From NCBI GenBank assembly GCA_050998755.1, contig JBPCPW010000085.1:19672-83671 (forward strand): 64,000 bases of DNA, read 5' to 3'. Below the pieces are notes generated by a model. That model ran no database searches. It was not told where the DNA came from and saw only the letters and a list, made by a program, of their open reading frames with translations. Source of the stretch: Candidatus Dormibacteria bacterium (GTDB taxonomy: Bacteria; Chloroflexota; Dormibacteria; DASZGP01). A program made the translations under genes and the position numbers. Below, piece by piece: positions 48,340 through 57,666 of this stretch. Within the stretch, counting starts at the first letter, position 1, and the number at the start of each line of letters is the position of its first letter.

Positions 48340-49920
48340 ATGACGGAGACGACCCAGCAGCCAATCACATTGGAGACCCTCGCGGCCGAGGTCCACGCCC
48401 GGCGCGCGAAGGCGCTGAGGATGGGCGGTGACGACAAGGTCGCCAGGCAGCACGAGAAGAACAAGCTCTCGGTTCGCGAGCGGATCGACCTGCTCTTCGA
48501 CCCCGGCACCTTTGTCGAGTTCGGCCTGCTGGCCACCGGGAAGTCGACCAAGGGCGAGGACTACGATCCGGAGAAGACCGCCGCCGACGGCGTCGTCACC
48601 GGGCATGGCAAGGTCGACGGGCGCGACGTCTACGTCGTGGCCTACGACTTCACCGTGATGGCCGGCTCGATCGGGTTCGTCGGCGAGGCGCAGAAGACCA
48701 GCCGCGCGCGGGACATGGCGCTGCGCAACCGCTGCCCGCTGGTGTGGCTGCTGGACTCCGCGGGGGCGCGCATCCAGGATGCCACCGGGTCGACGTTCGC
48801 CTCCACCGGCTTCCTGTTCTGGGACCAGGTCAACATGAGCGGGGTGGTGCCGCAGGTGTCCGCAATGATGGGCCCCTGCTCCGCCGGCACCGCGTACATC
48901 CCGGGCCTTGCGGACTTCGTGCCCATGGTCAAGGAGACCTCCTCAATGTCACTCGCCGGCGCGCGCCTGGTCAAGGCCGCCACGGGGGAGGAGGTGACCG
49001 ACCACGAGATGGGCGGGTCGCAGGTGCACTGCTACCAGTCGGGGGTGGGCGATAACGAGGTCGACGACGACGCCGCATGCATCGCCAGCGTCCGGGAGTT
49101 CCTCGGCTTCATGCCTTCCAACAACCTCGATCAACCACCACTCAAGGCCACCGAGGACCCGTCGGACCGCCTGATCGAGGGACTCGAGAAGATCGTGCCG
49201 ACCAACATGCGGCAGGCCTACGACATGCGCAAAGTGATCAAGAAGATCGCCGACGACGGCCACTTCTTCGAGGTCAAGCCGACCTGGGCGAAGAACATCC
49301 TCATCGGCTTTGTCCGCATGGGCGGGCGACCCGTCGGCGTGGTGGCCAACCAGCCCATGGTCAAGGCCGGCTCGCTGGACAACGACTCCGCCGACAAGGC
49401 GGCGCGGTTCATCCGCATGTGCGACGCCTTCAATGTGCCGCTGCTGTTCATGCAGGACGTCCCCGGGTTCATCGTCGGCAAGGAGGTCGAGAGCAAGGGC
49501 ATCATCCGCCACGGCGCCAAGATGCTCTACGCGGTGAGCGAGGCCACCGTGCCCAAGATCACCGTCATCGTTCGCAAGGCGTACGGCGCGGGCTACTACG
49601 TGATGTGCGGGAAGGGCTATTACCCCGACCTCATCGTCGCGTGGCCCACCGCGGAGATATCGGTCATGGGTCCCGAGGGCGCGGTCAACATCATCTTCAA
49701 CAAGCAGATAGAGGCCGCTGAGGATCCCGCCGCCGCGCGCAAGGGTTACGAGGACATGATCCGGGAGACGATCAGCCCTTACATCGCCGCCAGCTGGGGG
49801 ATGATCGACGACGTCATCGATCCCGCCGAGACCCGCAAGGTGATCATCGAGGGACTGGAGATAGCATCACGGAAGAAGGTGGAGAGGCCCTGGCGCAAGC
49901 ACGGAAACATCCCCGTCTGA
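48340..49920 (+). CDS. Acyl-CoA carboxylase carboxyltransferase (beta) subunit, PccB-like
   Basis: KLSVRERIDLLFDPGTFVEFG, the duplicated crotonase-like CT domains and a size of 526 aa. Confidence 0.93.
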   Translation: MTETTQQPITLETLAAEVHARRAKALRMGGDDKVARQHEKNKLSVRERIDLLFDPGTFVEFGLLATGKSTKGEDYDPEKTAADGVVTGHGKVDGRDVYVVAYDFTVMAGSIGFVGEAQKTSRARDMALRNRCPLVWLLDSAGARIQDATGSTFASTGFLFWDQVNMSGVVPQVSAMMGPCSAGTAYIPGLADFVPMVKETSSMSLAGARLVKAATGEEVTDHEMGGSQVHCYQSGVGDNEVDDDAACIASVREFLGFMPSNNLDQPPLKATEDPSDRLIEGLEKIVPTNMRQAYDMRKVIKKIADDGHFFEVKPTWAKNILIGFVRMGGRPVGVVANQPMVKAGSLDNDSADKAARFIRMCDAFNVPLLFMQDVPGFIVGKEVESKGIIRHGAKMLYAVSEATVPKITVIVRKAYGAGYYVMCGKGYYPDLIVAWPTAEISVMGPEGAVNIIFNKQIEAAEDPAAARKGYEDMIRETISPYIAASWGMIDDVIDPAETRKVIIEGLEIASRKKVERPWRKHGNIPV

Positions 49921-49940
49921 CGAGCCATTAGCCTCGGAGG

Positions 49941-51044
49941 GTGGCTGAAGAAAAGGGCAGGCCGGACCTCGACTCACTGATCGAGCGGTTCGAGGAGGAC
50001 GTGCGCCTCCGCCCCCTGCCGGCGGCCGAGGAGACCTCGTCCACTGCCCCAATGACGGCGCCCGCGCAGGGTTCCCCGATGCCGGCGGCGGTGGTGGAGG
50101 AGATCCGCGCTGAGCTTGCTGAGCCCACAGCGGCGCCCGTCCCGGCGCTTCAGCCCCTGCCAGGGGACATCGAGGGTTGGTGGCAGCAGGGCAGGCGGAT
50201 CGAACTGCAGCTGCCCGGCAACGTCCGGCGGACGGTCTTCGCCCGGGTGTATGGGAGCGGGCCGTGGCTGACCATGATCCACGGTTTCCCAACCTCGTCC
50301 TTGGACTGGCTGCCCATCCTGCCGCTTCTCGCGGCGCGGCACACCGTGGTGGTCCTGGACCTCCTGGGCTTCGGCGACTCCGACAAGCCTTCGGGGCACG
50401 ACTGGAGCGCCTTCGAGCAGGCCGACATCGTCGAGGCGCTGTGGAAGGAGCTGGGCATCCACCAGACACGCGTCGTCGCTCACGACGTCGGCCTCACCGT
50501 CTCGCTCGAGCTGTTGGCCCGCCAGCAGGAGGGCAGGCTCGGAGTGCGCTTACAGGACCTGACGCTCTTGAACGGCGGGGTCTATACCGGCTTCCACCGG
50601 CCACGCCCGATCCAGGTCTGGCTACAGCGCCCGCTGATCGGACCGCTGATCGCCCGGTTGCTATCGGAGCGCCGCTTCGGGCCGGCGCTGGCGGAGATCT
50701 TTGGCCCTGACCACCAACCGACCAAGGCGGAGCTGCACCAGCACTGGCTGTCCGTCGCCCGCCGCAACGGGTCGCGCAACTATCACCGCTTGATCAGGTA
50801 CATCCCGGAGCGGCGGGCCAACGCGACGCGGTGGGAGGCGGCGCTGGAGAAGACAGGGGTGCCCACCAGGTTCGTCTGGGGGATGGCCGACCCGGTGTCC
50901 GGTGCCCACATGGTGGAGGTCATCAGGGAACGCCGGCCCGGAGCCGACGTCGTCGAGCTGGCCGGCGTCGGCCACTACCCCCAGCTGGAGGCGCCGGAAC
51001 GGGTGGCGTCGGCGATCCTCGAGGGTCCCCGCGACATCGCTTAG
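49941..51044 (+). CDS. Alpha/beta hydrolase (epoxide hydrolase / haloalkane dehalogenase-like) with an N-terminal extension of about 80 aa
   Basis: MIHGFPTSSLDW (oxyanion HG motif), the nucleophile elbow VVAHDVGL and C-terminal GHYPQLE. The start is uncertain because GTG 49941 abuts GGAGG with no spacer. Confidence 0.8.
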   Translation: MAEEKGRPDLDSLIERFEEDVRLRPLPAAEETSSTAPMTAPAQGSPMPAAVVEEIRAELAEPTAAPVPALQPLPGDIEGWWQQGRRIELQLPGNVRRTVFARVYGSGPWLTMIHGFPTSSLDWLPILPLLAARHTVVVLDLLGFGDSDKPSGHDWSAFEQADIVEALWKELGIHQTRVVAHDVGLTVSLELLARQQEGRLGVRLQDLTLLNGGVYTGFHRPRPIQVWLQRPLIGPLIARLLSERRFGPALAEIFGPDHQPTKAELHQHWLSVARRNGSRNYHRLIRYIPERRANATRWEAALEKTGVPTRFVWGMADPVSGAHMVEVIRERRPGADVVELAGVGHYPQLEAPERVASAILEGPRDIA

Positions 51045-51069
51045 GCTTTTTGGCGCATCGGGAGGAACC

Positions 51070-52017
51070 ATGGAAGCGATCAAGCGCGACAGGGTCATCA
51101 TCACCGCCGCCCTCACCGGGGCGCTCACCACCCGCAAGCAGTGCGAGTACATCCCCTACACGCCCGTGGAGATCGCCGAGGAGGCGAAGCGCTGCGCCGA
51201 TGCAGGCTGCGCGGTGGTCCACATCCACGCCCGCGAGGACGATGGTCTGCCCAGCTTCAAGGTCTCGAAGTACGCCGAGATCATGGCCGAGATCCGCGAG
51301 CGGACTGACATCATCATCAATTTCTCAACCGGTGCGGTGGGCATCCCGATGGAGGACCGCGTAGGGCACATCGCCAGGCTGCGCCCAGAGATCGGCGCGT
51401 TGAACATGGGCTCGATGAACTACGCGATCTACTCGAAGTCCAAGAAGCAGTTCTATTTCGACTTCGTCTTCTCAAATCCATTCAAGGACATCGCCTACCT
51501 CTTGGAGAAGATGAACGGGTCCGGGGTCAAGCCCGAGCTTGAATGCTTCGACAACGGGCACATCGGCAACACCCGGCCGCTGCTGGACCAGGGCATCCTT
51601 CGCACCCCGATGGACTTCTCGCTGGTCATGGGGGTCCTTGGGGGCATCCCCTCGACCACCCGCGCCCTGCTCTTCCAGGCCGAGTCGCTGCCGCCGGGAT
51701 CCACCTGGAAGCTGGTCGGCATCAGCCAGGACCAGTGGCCGCTGCTGGCGGCGACGCTGACCATCGGAGGCAACGTCCGTGTGGGGCTGGAGGACAACTT
51801 CTACCTGCCCAGCGGGGAGAGGGCGAAGGGCTCCTCATTCCTGGTGGAGAAGGCGGCGGCGATGTCCGCGGACGCCGGTCGCCCGGTGGCAACGATTTCC
51901 GAAGCCCGCCAGATGCTCGGTCTCAGCGCCACCCCATCGCAGGTGCCCACCGACTACGTCCACGACGACCGCGAGCCAGCACCTCTGCCCAGCCTGGAAG
52001 CCCTGCAGCGCGGCTGA
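51070..52017 (+). CDS. Beta-keto acid cleavage enzyme family (BKACE, 3-keto-5-aminohexanoate cleavage enzyme-like)
   Basis: VIITAALTGA...PYTPVEIAEEAKRCADAGCAVVHIHARED...INFSTG...LRPEIGALNMGSMNY. ATG 51070 has a GGAGGA RBS. Confidence 0.85.
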   Translation: MEAIKRDRVIITAALTGALTTRKQCEYIPYTPVEIAEEAKRCADAGCAVVHIHAREDDGLPSFKVSKYAEIMAEIRERTDIIINFSTGAVGIPMEDRVGHIARLRPEIGALNMGSMNYAIYSKSKKQFYFDFVFSNPFKDIAYLLEKMNGSGVKPELECFDNGHIGNTRPLLDQGILRTPMDFSLVMGVLGGIPSTTRALLFQAESLPPGSTWKLVGISQDQWPLLAATLTIGGNVRVGLEDNFYLPSGERAKGSSFLVEKAAAMSADAGRPVATISEARQMLGLSATPSQVPTDYVHDDREPAPLPSLEALQRG

Positions 52018-52044
52018 TCAGGACCACTTTGGGGCGCTCTCCGG

Positions 52045-52572
52045 CTAGTCCGAACTTCCTGACCGTTCGGATTGGCGCCGCGCACGCGCCCGAGTTGCCA
52101 CCGCAACCCGACCCGCGAACTCGCGAGCAGTGATGATCGGGACGGTTCGCCAGGGAGACAACTCGAGGAGATGATGGTCCTCGGTCACAACGAGGTCGGC
52201 ATCGGCGTCCAGGGTCAGTTCGAGAATCCGGTTGTCCTCCTCGTCGGCCGCGCAGTCGGAAACGCGGCTTTGGGGATCTATGTACGTGCCTCCCGTGCGG
52301 CTAATGATCTCTAACAGAAGGGCGACGAACACCTCAACCTGAACTCTCCGCCAGCGGTATGCGTTGATCAGAACGTCGGCGACGTTCCACAGGATGTGGG
52401 GGGAGGTCGCTAGGACAAAGTCCTGACCCGAGTTGAGCGTACCTAGGGTATCCGCCCAGGGATTGGTGGTTCGAGGCGGCACCTGGGCCAGGATCGCACC
52501 CTCGGCTGGTGCGCCTGCGCGAGTCACCGCATTGACCAGCACGTTGACGTCGCATATCACGATCCGCGGCAA
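52045..52572 (-). CDS. PIN domain toxin (type II TA system)
   Basis: IVICDVNVL, DEEDNRILELT and LVVTEDHHLL supply the acidic PIN residues. Confidence 0.8.
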   Translation of the reverse strand: MPRIVICDVNVLVNAVTRAGAPAEGAILAQVPPRTTNPWADTLGTLNSGQDFVLATSPHILWNVADVLINAYRWRRVQVEVFVALLLEIISRTGGTYIDPQSRVSDCAADEEDNRILELTLDADADLVVTEDHHLLELSPWRTVPIITAREFAGRVAVATRARARRQSERSGSSD

Positions 52573-52614
52573 GGCAGCCTGGCTAGTAGTGCCCCGCCTC
52601 AGAGACGCGGGACA

Positions 52615-52935
52615 TTAGCGCCGCGGTATCGACTTCAGGATACCGCCAGCTGAGGGGGTGCCTATCGGCAGTCGCGCAGAGCCTCGCTCCCGACGGCGCA
52701 CGTGAGTGATCTCGACAGCGTCGGTGGCGCCCATACCGGTCTGGCCCGCCAGCTCAACTCCGTACGCTTGGATGGACACCAGTCGCTCCCACCGCTCCAA
52801 CGCCTTCAGCTGCTCCAGCGCGAACCGGAAGAGCTTGGTGCGCTCGCCACCGCCGTAGCGAGCGGCGAGCCGGTCCACGACCGCCTCCTCCTCGGGGTAG
52901 ATCGAGAACGAAATCGGTTTAGTCTGCCTGGCCAT
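52615..52935 (-). CDS. Putative ribbon-helix-helix antitoxin for the adjacent PIN toxin
   Basis: N-terminus KPISFSIYPEEEAVVDRLAARYGGGERTKLFRFALEQL is RHH-like. It lies 42 nt upstream of the PIN gene on the same strand. Confidence 0.6.
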   Translation of the reverse strand: MARQTKPISFSIYPEEEAVVDRLAARYGGGERTKLFRFALEQLKALERWERLVSIQAYGVELAGQTGMGATDAVEITHVRRRERGSARLPIGTPSAGGILKSIPRR

Positions 52936-53025
52936 CGGTCATACTCGTTATGAACAGGGTACCACCTCGGCGCGGCCTGCTAACGCTAGAGTAAGGGCTG
53001 CAAATCCAGCTCAAAGGAGTGACCC

Positions 53026-53238
53026 GTGGCTGAAGTCAAGGCGGAGCTCGTCGGCAACCTGTGGAAGATCACGACCGAGGTCGGTCAACAGGTCGAAGAA
53101 GATGACACGATCATGATCCTGGAATCGATGAAGATGGAGATTCCCATCGTCGCGCCCCAGGCAGGGACGATCAAGGAATTTCTGGTCAAGGAAGGCGAAG
53201 TGGTCCAGGAGGGCCAGACGGTAGCCATCATCGAGTGA
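53026..53238 (+). CDS. Stand-alone biotinyl/lipoyl carrier domain protein (BCCP-like, 70 aa)
   Basis: ILESMKMEIPIVAP carries the biotinyl-lysine MKM motif. GTG start has an AAGGAG RBS. Confidence 0.9.
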   Translation: MAEVKAELVGNLWKITTEVGQQVEEDDTIMILESMKMEIPIVAPQAGTIKEFLVKEGEVVQEGQTVAIIE

Positions 53239-53621
53239 CTGGCGCGGCGGCGGACAACCTGCTCGTCGAGAGCCCGAGGAGCGGGCTGCAGCGGATAACC
53301 ATCAATGACCCGGAGCGGCGCAACCCGCTGTCCTCAGCATTGTTTCGACGCCTCGAGTCAGGGCTGCGCAACATCGGTGACGATGTCCGGGTGGTCGTCC
53401 TGACCGGCGCGGGTGACCGCGTCTTCGCATCGGGCGCCGACCTGAAGGAGCTGGGGCAGGACGATGGTGCGGGGCTTGGGGGCGGGTTCGGGCTGGCGAT
53501 GGAGGCCGCCCAACGGGCCATTGAGGACTGCCCGGTACCGGTTATCGCGCGGATCCAGGGGCACTGCCTCGGCGCCGGTTATCAGCTCGCCCTGGCGTGC
53601 GACCTCCGCGTGGCGAGCTGA
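53235..53621 (+). pseudogene. Enoyl-CoA hydratase/isomerase (crotonase) family gene truncated after about 128 codons
   Basis: VVVLTGAGDRVFASGADLKE and GHCLGAGYQLALACDLRVAS are the N-terminal half of the crotonase fold. A stop follows directly, with lower-G+C vapBC sequence after it. Full-length family members are about twice this size. Confidence 0.7.
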
Positions 53622-53666
53622 CGGAGGGCCAACCCCTGAGGTGCAGCCTGGTGTATCGTTGTGTAT

Positions 53667-53876
53667 ATGGGTAGAACAAATATCGACCTGGACGACGAGT
53701 TGGTGGCGTCGGCCATGCGGCTATACCGGGTTAGGACAAAGCGTGAGGCGGTTGACCTGGCCCTGCGCCAACTGGTGGGCGATCCGCTGACGGTTACGGA
53801 GGCCCTGGCCCTTGAGGGTTCGGGTTGGGATGCGGACCTCTCCGTCATCCGCGGAGCAGAAGGGCCCTGGTCCTAG
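53667..53876 (+). CDS. vapB: VapB-type antitoxin (type II TA)
   Basis: [37 protein letters not shown] is the typical VapB (DUF2191-like) N-terminus. Confidence 0.85.
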   Translation: MGRTNIDLDDELVASAMRLYRVRTKREAVDLALRQLVGDPLTVTEALALEGSGWDADLSVIRGAEGPWS

Positions 53877-54265
53877 CCGACACCTCGGCCTGGGTCGAGT
53901 TCCTGCGCGCGACGGGAAGCCCGGTCCATTCTGCTGTGAGACGACTTATCGAGGAGGAGTCGCTGGCCACCACGGAGGTGGTTGTCATGGAGATCCTCGC
54001 GGGGGCGCGCGATCGGCGTCACCTTGTGGCGCTTCGTCGCCTGATGCTCTCATGCCGCCTGGTTCCGCTCGAGGGGCTGATCGACTATGAAGCGGCGGCG
54101 GCCCTTCACCGTCTCTGCCGAGCTCGCGGCGAGACCGTGCGGGCCCTGACCGATTGCCTCATCGCTGCAGTCGCGATCCGAGCCGACCTCGCCGTGCTCC
54201 ACGCTGACAGCGATTTTGACGCCATCGCGCGGCACACGGACCTGGAATTGGCGGTGATCGCCTGA
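53825..54265 (+). CDS. vapC: VapC PIN-domain ribonuclease toxin
   Basis: [30 protein letters not shown] and LHADSDFD provide the four PIN acidic positions. The start is uncertain: TTG 53825 overlaps vapB by 52 nt, and no ATG or GTG lies closer. Confidence 0.85.
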   Translation: MGCGPLRHPRSRRALVLADTSAWVEFLRATGSPVHSAVRRLIEEESLATTEVVVMEILAGARDRRHLVALRRLMLSCRLVPLEGLIDYEAAAALHRLCRARGETVRALTDCLIAAVAIRADLAVLHADSDFDAIARHTDLELAVIA

Positions 54266-54771
54266 TGCCGATCTGGGGCTACTTCGTAATCGGATTCCTG
54301 ATCCTCTCCCTGGTCTTGCTCACCGCGCGGCGCAACCAGGTCGCCTACCACCAGGAGGCGGTGGACTACGGCGCGGATTTCCGGACCGTGATCGACACCA
54401 GCATTCCGGCAGTTGAAGAGATCCAGGAGGCATTGCGCGAGGGTGAGCCCCAGACCCTGAGCCGCGCATCGGCGTCCGCCCGGACCCGCATCCATGCCAA
54501 CATCTCCAACCTCGACCGGCTGGGGTTTGCCGAGTCCCTCGACCCCGAGGTCGGTGCGCTGCTGGAGAACCTGCGCCTGATGCTGCGACAGGCCATGGAG
54601 AACTACGAGTGGGCCGCCCGCATCTCCGAGACCACCGACCTGCTGGAGAACACCGGGCTGCGCCGGGCCTTCGATTCGCTGGTGGCTTCCGGCGACCAAC
54701 TCTGCGTCGAGGCGCGCTTCAAGCTGATGGGCCTTCAGCCCCAGCCGGCTGAGGAACCCGCTCCCTCCTGA
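54265..54771 (+). CDS. Hypothetical N-terminally anchored membrane protein
   Basis: IWGYFVIGFLILSLVLLTA forms a TM helix. The ATG overlaps the vapC stop by 1 nt (TGATG). Confidence 0.5.
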   Translation: MPIWGYFVIGFLILSLVLLTARRNQVAYHQEAVDYGADFRTVIDTSIPAVEEIQEALREGEPQTLSRASASARTRIHANISNLDRLGFAESLDPEVGALLENLRLMLRQAMENYEWAARISETTDLLENTGLRRAFDSLVASGDQLCVEARFKLMGLQPQPAEEPAPS

Positions 54772-54787
54772 CCAGCCCCGTGCCGGG

Positions 54788-55717
54788 TCAGTCCCGTGCG
54801 CTCTCCTTCCGGAAGTATTCAACTGTCAATGGGACGCCCTCTTTCAGAGAGACGCGTGGGTGCCAACCTAGGTCGCGCTCGACCAGGCCGATGGCCACGC
54901 AGCTCCGGCGTTGTTCTCCAGGTCGGGCAGCGCCATGCTCCGCCGGCCTCTGCACGCCTGCTGCTGCGGCGATCAGCTCGTAGAGCTGGTTCACGTCAGT
55001 CTCGATCGAGGTCCCCACGTTGTACGCGCCGGTGACATTGCTCTTCAGCGCTGCCATGACCGCCGCGGCGACATCGCCAACGTATACGTAGTCGCGCGTC
55101 TGGCCGCCGTCGCCATTGATCAGGGCGGTCCCGCCGGCGAGCAGGGCGCGGGAGAAGATGGCGACCACCCCCGCCTCGCCATGGGGGTCCTGGCGGGGGC
55201 CGTACACATTCGCGAAGCGCATGGCCACGCTGCTCAGTCCGTGCACCGCGCGATAAACGTGCAGGTAGTGCTCGAACGAGAGCTTGCTCGCGCCATATGG
55301 TGACACCGGCGCAGCGGCGTAATTCTCCCCCGTGGGAATCAGGTCGGCGTCGCCATAGATCGCTCCGCCGGTCGAGGCGAAGACCACTCGCTTGACCCCA
55401 TGCGCGTGGCAGGCCGCGAGCAGCCCGATGCTGGCCATCACGTTCACCCGTGCGTCGAAGAGTGGTTCCCGCACGCTGCGCGACACGCTGATCTGGGCCG
55501 CGAGGTGGGCCACGGCGTCGGGCTGCTCGCGCTCTATGACGCGGTCCAGCCAGCGGGACTCGACATCCATGTGATAGAAATTCGCCCCCGCCGGCACCTG
55601 GTCGCGCTTACCACTGGAGAGGTCATCCACCACCACCACCTGGTGGCCGTCCTCCACCAGCAGGTCGGCAAGGGTGGAACCGATGAAACCGGCTCCCCCG
55701 GTGACCATCACCTTCAC
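54788..55717 (-). CDS. NAD-dependent epimerase/dehydratase (UDP-glucose 4-epimerase-like)
   Basis: VTGGAGFIGS Rossmann motif and YGASKLSFE catalytic Y-x3-K. GTG start overlaps the upstream stop (GTGA). Confidence 0.92.
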   Translation of the reverse strand: MKVMVTGGAGFIGSTLADLLVEDGHQVVVVDDLSSGKRDQVPAGANFYHMDVESRWLDRVIEREQPDAVAHLAAQISVSRSVREPLFDARVNVMASIGLLAACHAHGVKRVVFASTGGAIYGDADLIPTGENYAAAPVSPYGASKLSFEHYLHVYRAVHGLSSVAMRFANVYGPRQDPHGEAGVVAIFSRALLAGGTALINGDGGQTRDYVYVGDVAAAVMAALKSNVTGAYNVGTSIETDVNQLYELIAAAAGVQRPAEHGAARPGEQRRSCVAIGLVERDLGWHPRVSLKEGVPLTVEYFRKESARD

Positions 55718-56241
55718 TGCGGTCCGGTCCGGTCCAGCAGCGGCTGCGGCCTCTGCTCGGTGACCTGCTCGTCCGGCTTGAGCCGGGCATGGACGTCGCG
55801 CTCAGAGAGGATCCGAGCCACCTGCCAGAAGGCATCTTCGGTCTCCTCGCCGCGGCTGTCCCAGGCCTTGACCTTGAAGATCGCCTTGACCGCGGTGTAG
55901 GGAACCCCGAGGCGCCGTCGCACCTGACGTTCGGGGTCTACCAGGCTGTAGATGACGCCGTACGGCCCCCCGAGCGTCTGCCGCCCGGCATAGGCGCGGA
56001 TCACGTCGTGATCGACGAAATGGATGACCACCTTGCCATGCTCCTCGAGGGGCTCGTCCGGCTGCTCCTCCTCTCCCCCGAACACGACGTACTTGACGCT
56101 GCTGAGGGGGACGATGATCTCGCGGTTGTTGTCCTCAGGGGCGTTGGTGCTCACAGTGAGCACCGGTTGGCTGAAGTCGATCAGCGGGGCCTCGGCAGGC
56201 ATGACCTCCCCGTCAAGGAAGGTGAGCAGGAACTCAGGCAT
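55714..56241 (-). CDS. Hypothetical cytoplasmic protein (175 aa)
   Basis: The ORF has coding-like third-position G/C bias. No motif recognised. It lies 27 nt downstream of the histidine kinase gene. Confidence 0.55.
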   Translation of the reverse strand: MPEFLLTFLDGEVMPAEAPLIDFSQPVLTVSTNAPEDNNREIIVPLSSVKYVVFGGEEEQPDEPLEEHGKVVIHFVDHDVIRAYAGRQTLGGPYGVIYSLVDPERQVRRRLGVPYTAVKAIFKVKAWDSRGEETEDAFWQVARILSERDVHARLKPDEQVTEQRPQPLLDRTGPQ

Positions 56242-56268
56242 GCTGTGAAGCTCGCATCTGGCGGAGAA

Positions 56269-57666
56269 TTATGACGCGGGCAGCCGGAGGCGAACCACAA
56301 AGCGGGCGCCATGACCGGGCGCCTGGTCGAGATGAATCGACCCGTGATGGAGTTGAGCGATGGCCGCGCATAGGGCGAGGCCCAACCCGGCGCCGCCGGT
56401 GGGTGGGGTGCGGGATTGGTCGATCCTGGAAAAGCGCTCGAAGATCGAAGCCCGCGCCTCGACCGGGATCCCCGGCCCAGAATCGGTCACGGTGACCTCG
56501 ACCGCCAGGTCGACCACCCGGCAGGCGACGTCCACCTGACCGCCGGGCGGGGAGTGCCGCAATGCGTTGTCGATGAGGTTGTCGAGCAACCGCCGCAGTA
56601 GGTCCGCGTCGCCCAAAACCTCCACCGCCGCTTCAGCGCGGCTGGTCAGGTTCACGCTTCGTGCGAGAGCCAGCGGCTGCCACAGGCGGACGGTCTCCTC
56701 GAGCAGGGCCGCCAGCTCAACCCTGGTCACCGGCGTCACCAGTGCCCCCGCCTCGGCCCTGGCCAGGGTCAGCAGCTGGTCGGCCATGCGAGCGAGGCGT
56801 TCGGCCTCTGCCAGGACGGTCTGCAGGCTGGCCTGGTATTCCTCCGCCGAGCGCGGCCGGCGCAGGGTGACCTCCGCCTCGGTGCGGATCAGGGTGAGCG
56901 GCGCGCGCAGCTCGTGGGCGGCGTCGGCGGTGAACCGGCGGAGGCTTTCGAAGGCCGTCTCCAACCGGGTCAACATGCCGTTGAAGGTCTCCGCCAATTC
57001 GCCGAGCTCGTCGTCCGGCAGGTCCAGGGTGATCCTGCGGTGAAGATCCTGCTCGCCAAGTGCCCGTGCTGCCGCGACGATCTCACGGACCGGCCGTAGT
57101 GCGGTGCCCGCCAGCCCGTAGCCAAGGACAGTCGCGGCGATCATCAGCACCACGGTTCCCAGCAGTAGCACGGTTGCGGTGGTCGTCGCGACCTGGTCGG
57201 CCTCGGCCCGCGACCGCATCAGCACCAGCACCCGGGTCTCGCCGGTGCTGAGGGCAAATCGGTCGCCTCGCACACGCTGCACGACTCCCTCGATCCGCAG
57301 CATTCTGATGACAGGCGTACTGGAGGCTGCCGCGGCGCTGGCCACCGGACACAGCGCGTCGACGACGGGGCTGTCGCCGGCACCTTCCAGGAGGCCGCCA
57401 TGATCGTCGAAGAGCAACACTGCGATGCCCACAGCTCCTTGCGCGGAGGCGTCAGGAGCTGCGTTCCTGGCGGGAAGCCTCCCCCCGCCGGCCAACGAGG
57501 TCTGCACCGACCGGGCCTCAGACGCCAGGCTGTCATCGATCGCCGCGTATTCGATGCGGGCGATCGCCAGCGCCAGGACGACCGCCGCCGCCAGCGCCAC
57601 CATGCCGAAGATCCCCGAGTACGCCAGTGCCAGCCGGACGCGGGTCCGGCGGAACCAAGCGGTCAC
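56269..57666 (-). CDS. Sensor histidine kinase (two TM helices, HAMP, HisKA, HATPase_c)
   Basis: H-box AAHELRAPLT, N-box DNALRHS and G-boxes DSGPGI and GGAGLGLA. GTG start overlaps the regulator stop (GTGA). Confidence 0.93.
   Translation of the reverse strand: MTAWFRRTRVRLALAYSGIFGMVALAAAVVLALAIARIEYAAIDDSLASEARSVQTSLAGGGRLPARNAAPDASAQGAVGIAVLLFDDHGGLLEGAGDSPVVDALCPVASAAAASSTPVIRMLRIEGVVQRVRGDRFALSTGETRVLVLMRSRAEADQVATTTATVLLLGTVVLMIAATVLGYGLAGTALRPVREIVAAARALGEQDLHRRITLDLPDDELGELAETFNGMLTRLETAFESLRRFTADAAHELRAPLTLIRTEAEVTLRRPRSAEEYQASLQTVLAEAERLARMADQLLTLARAEAGALVTPVTRVELAALLEETVRLWQPLALARSVNLTSRAEAAVEVLGDADLLRRLLDNLIDNALRHSPPGGQVDVACRVVDLAVEVTVTDSGPGIPVEARASIFERFSRIDQSRTPPTGGAGLGLALCAAIAQLHHGSIHLDQAPGHGARFVVRLRLPAS

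Noticed and set aside
49941-50180. Treating the N-terminal ~80 aa of the alpha/beta hydrolase as a separate small gene or signal sequence
   Set aside because: The same frame is continuous with the hydrolase core. The segment is acidic and Pro/Ala-rich with no hydrophobic signal. No internal start with a convincing RBS was found, so it is kept as one CDS with an uncertain start.
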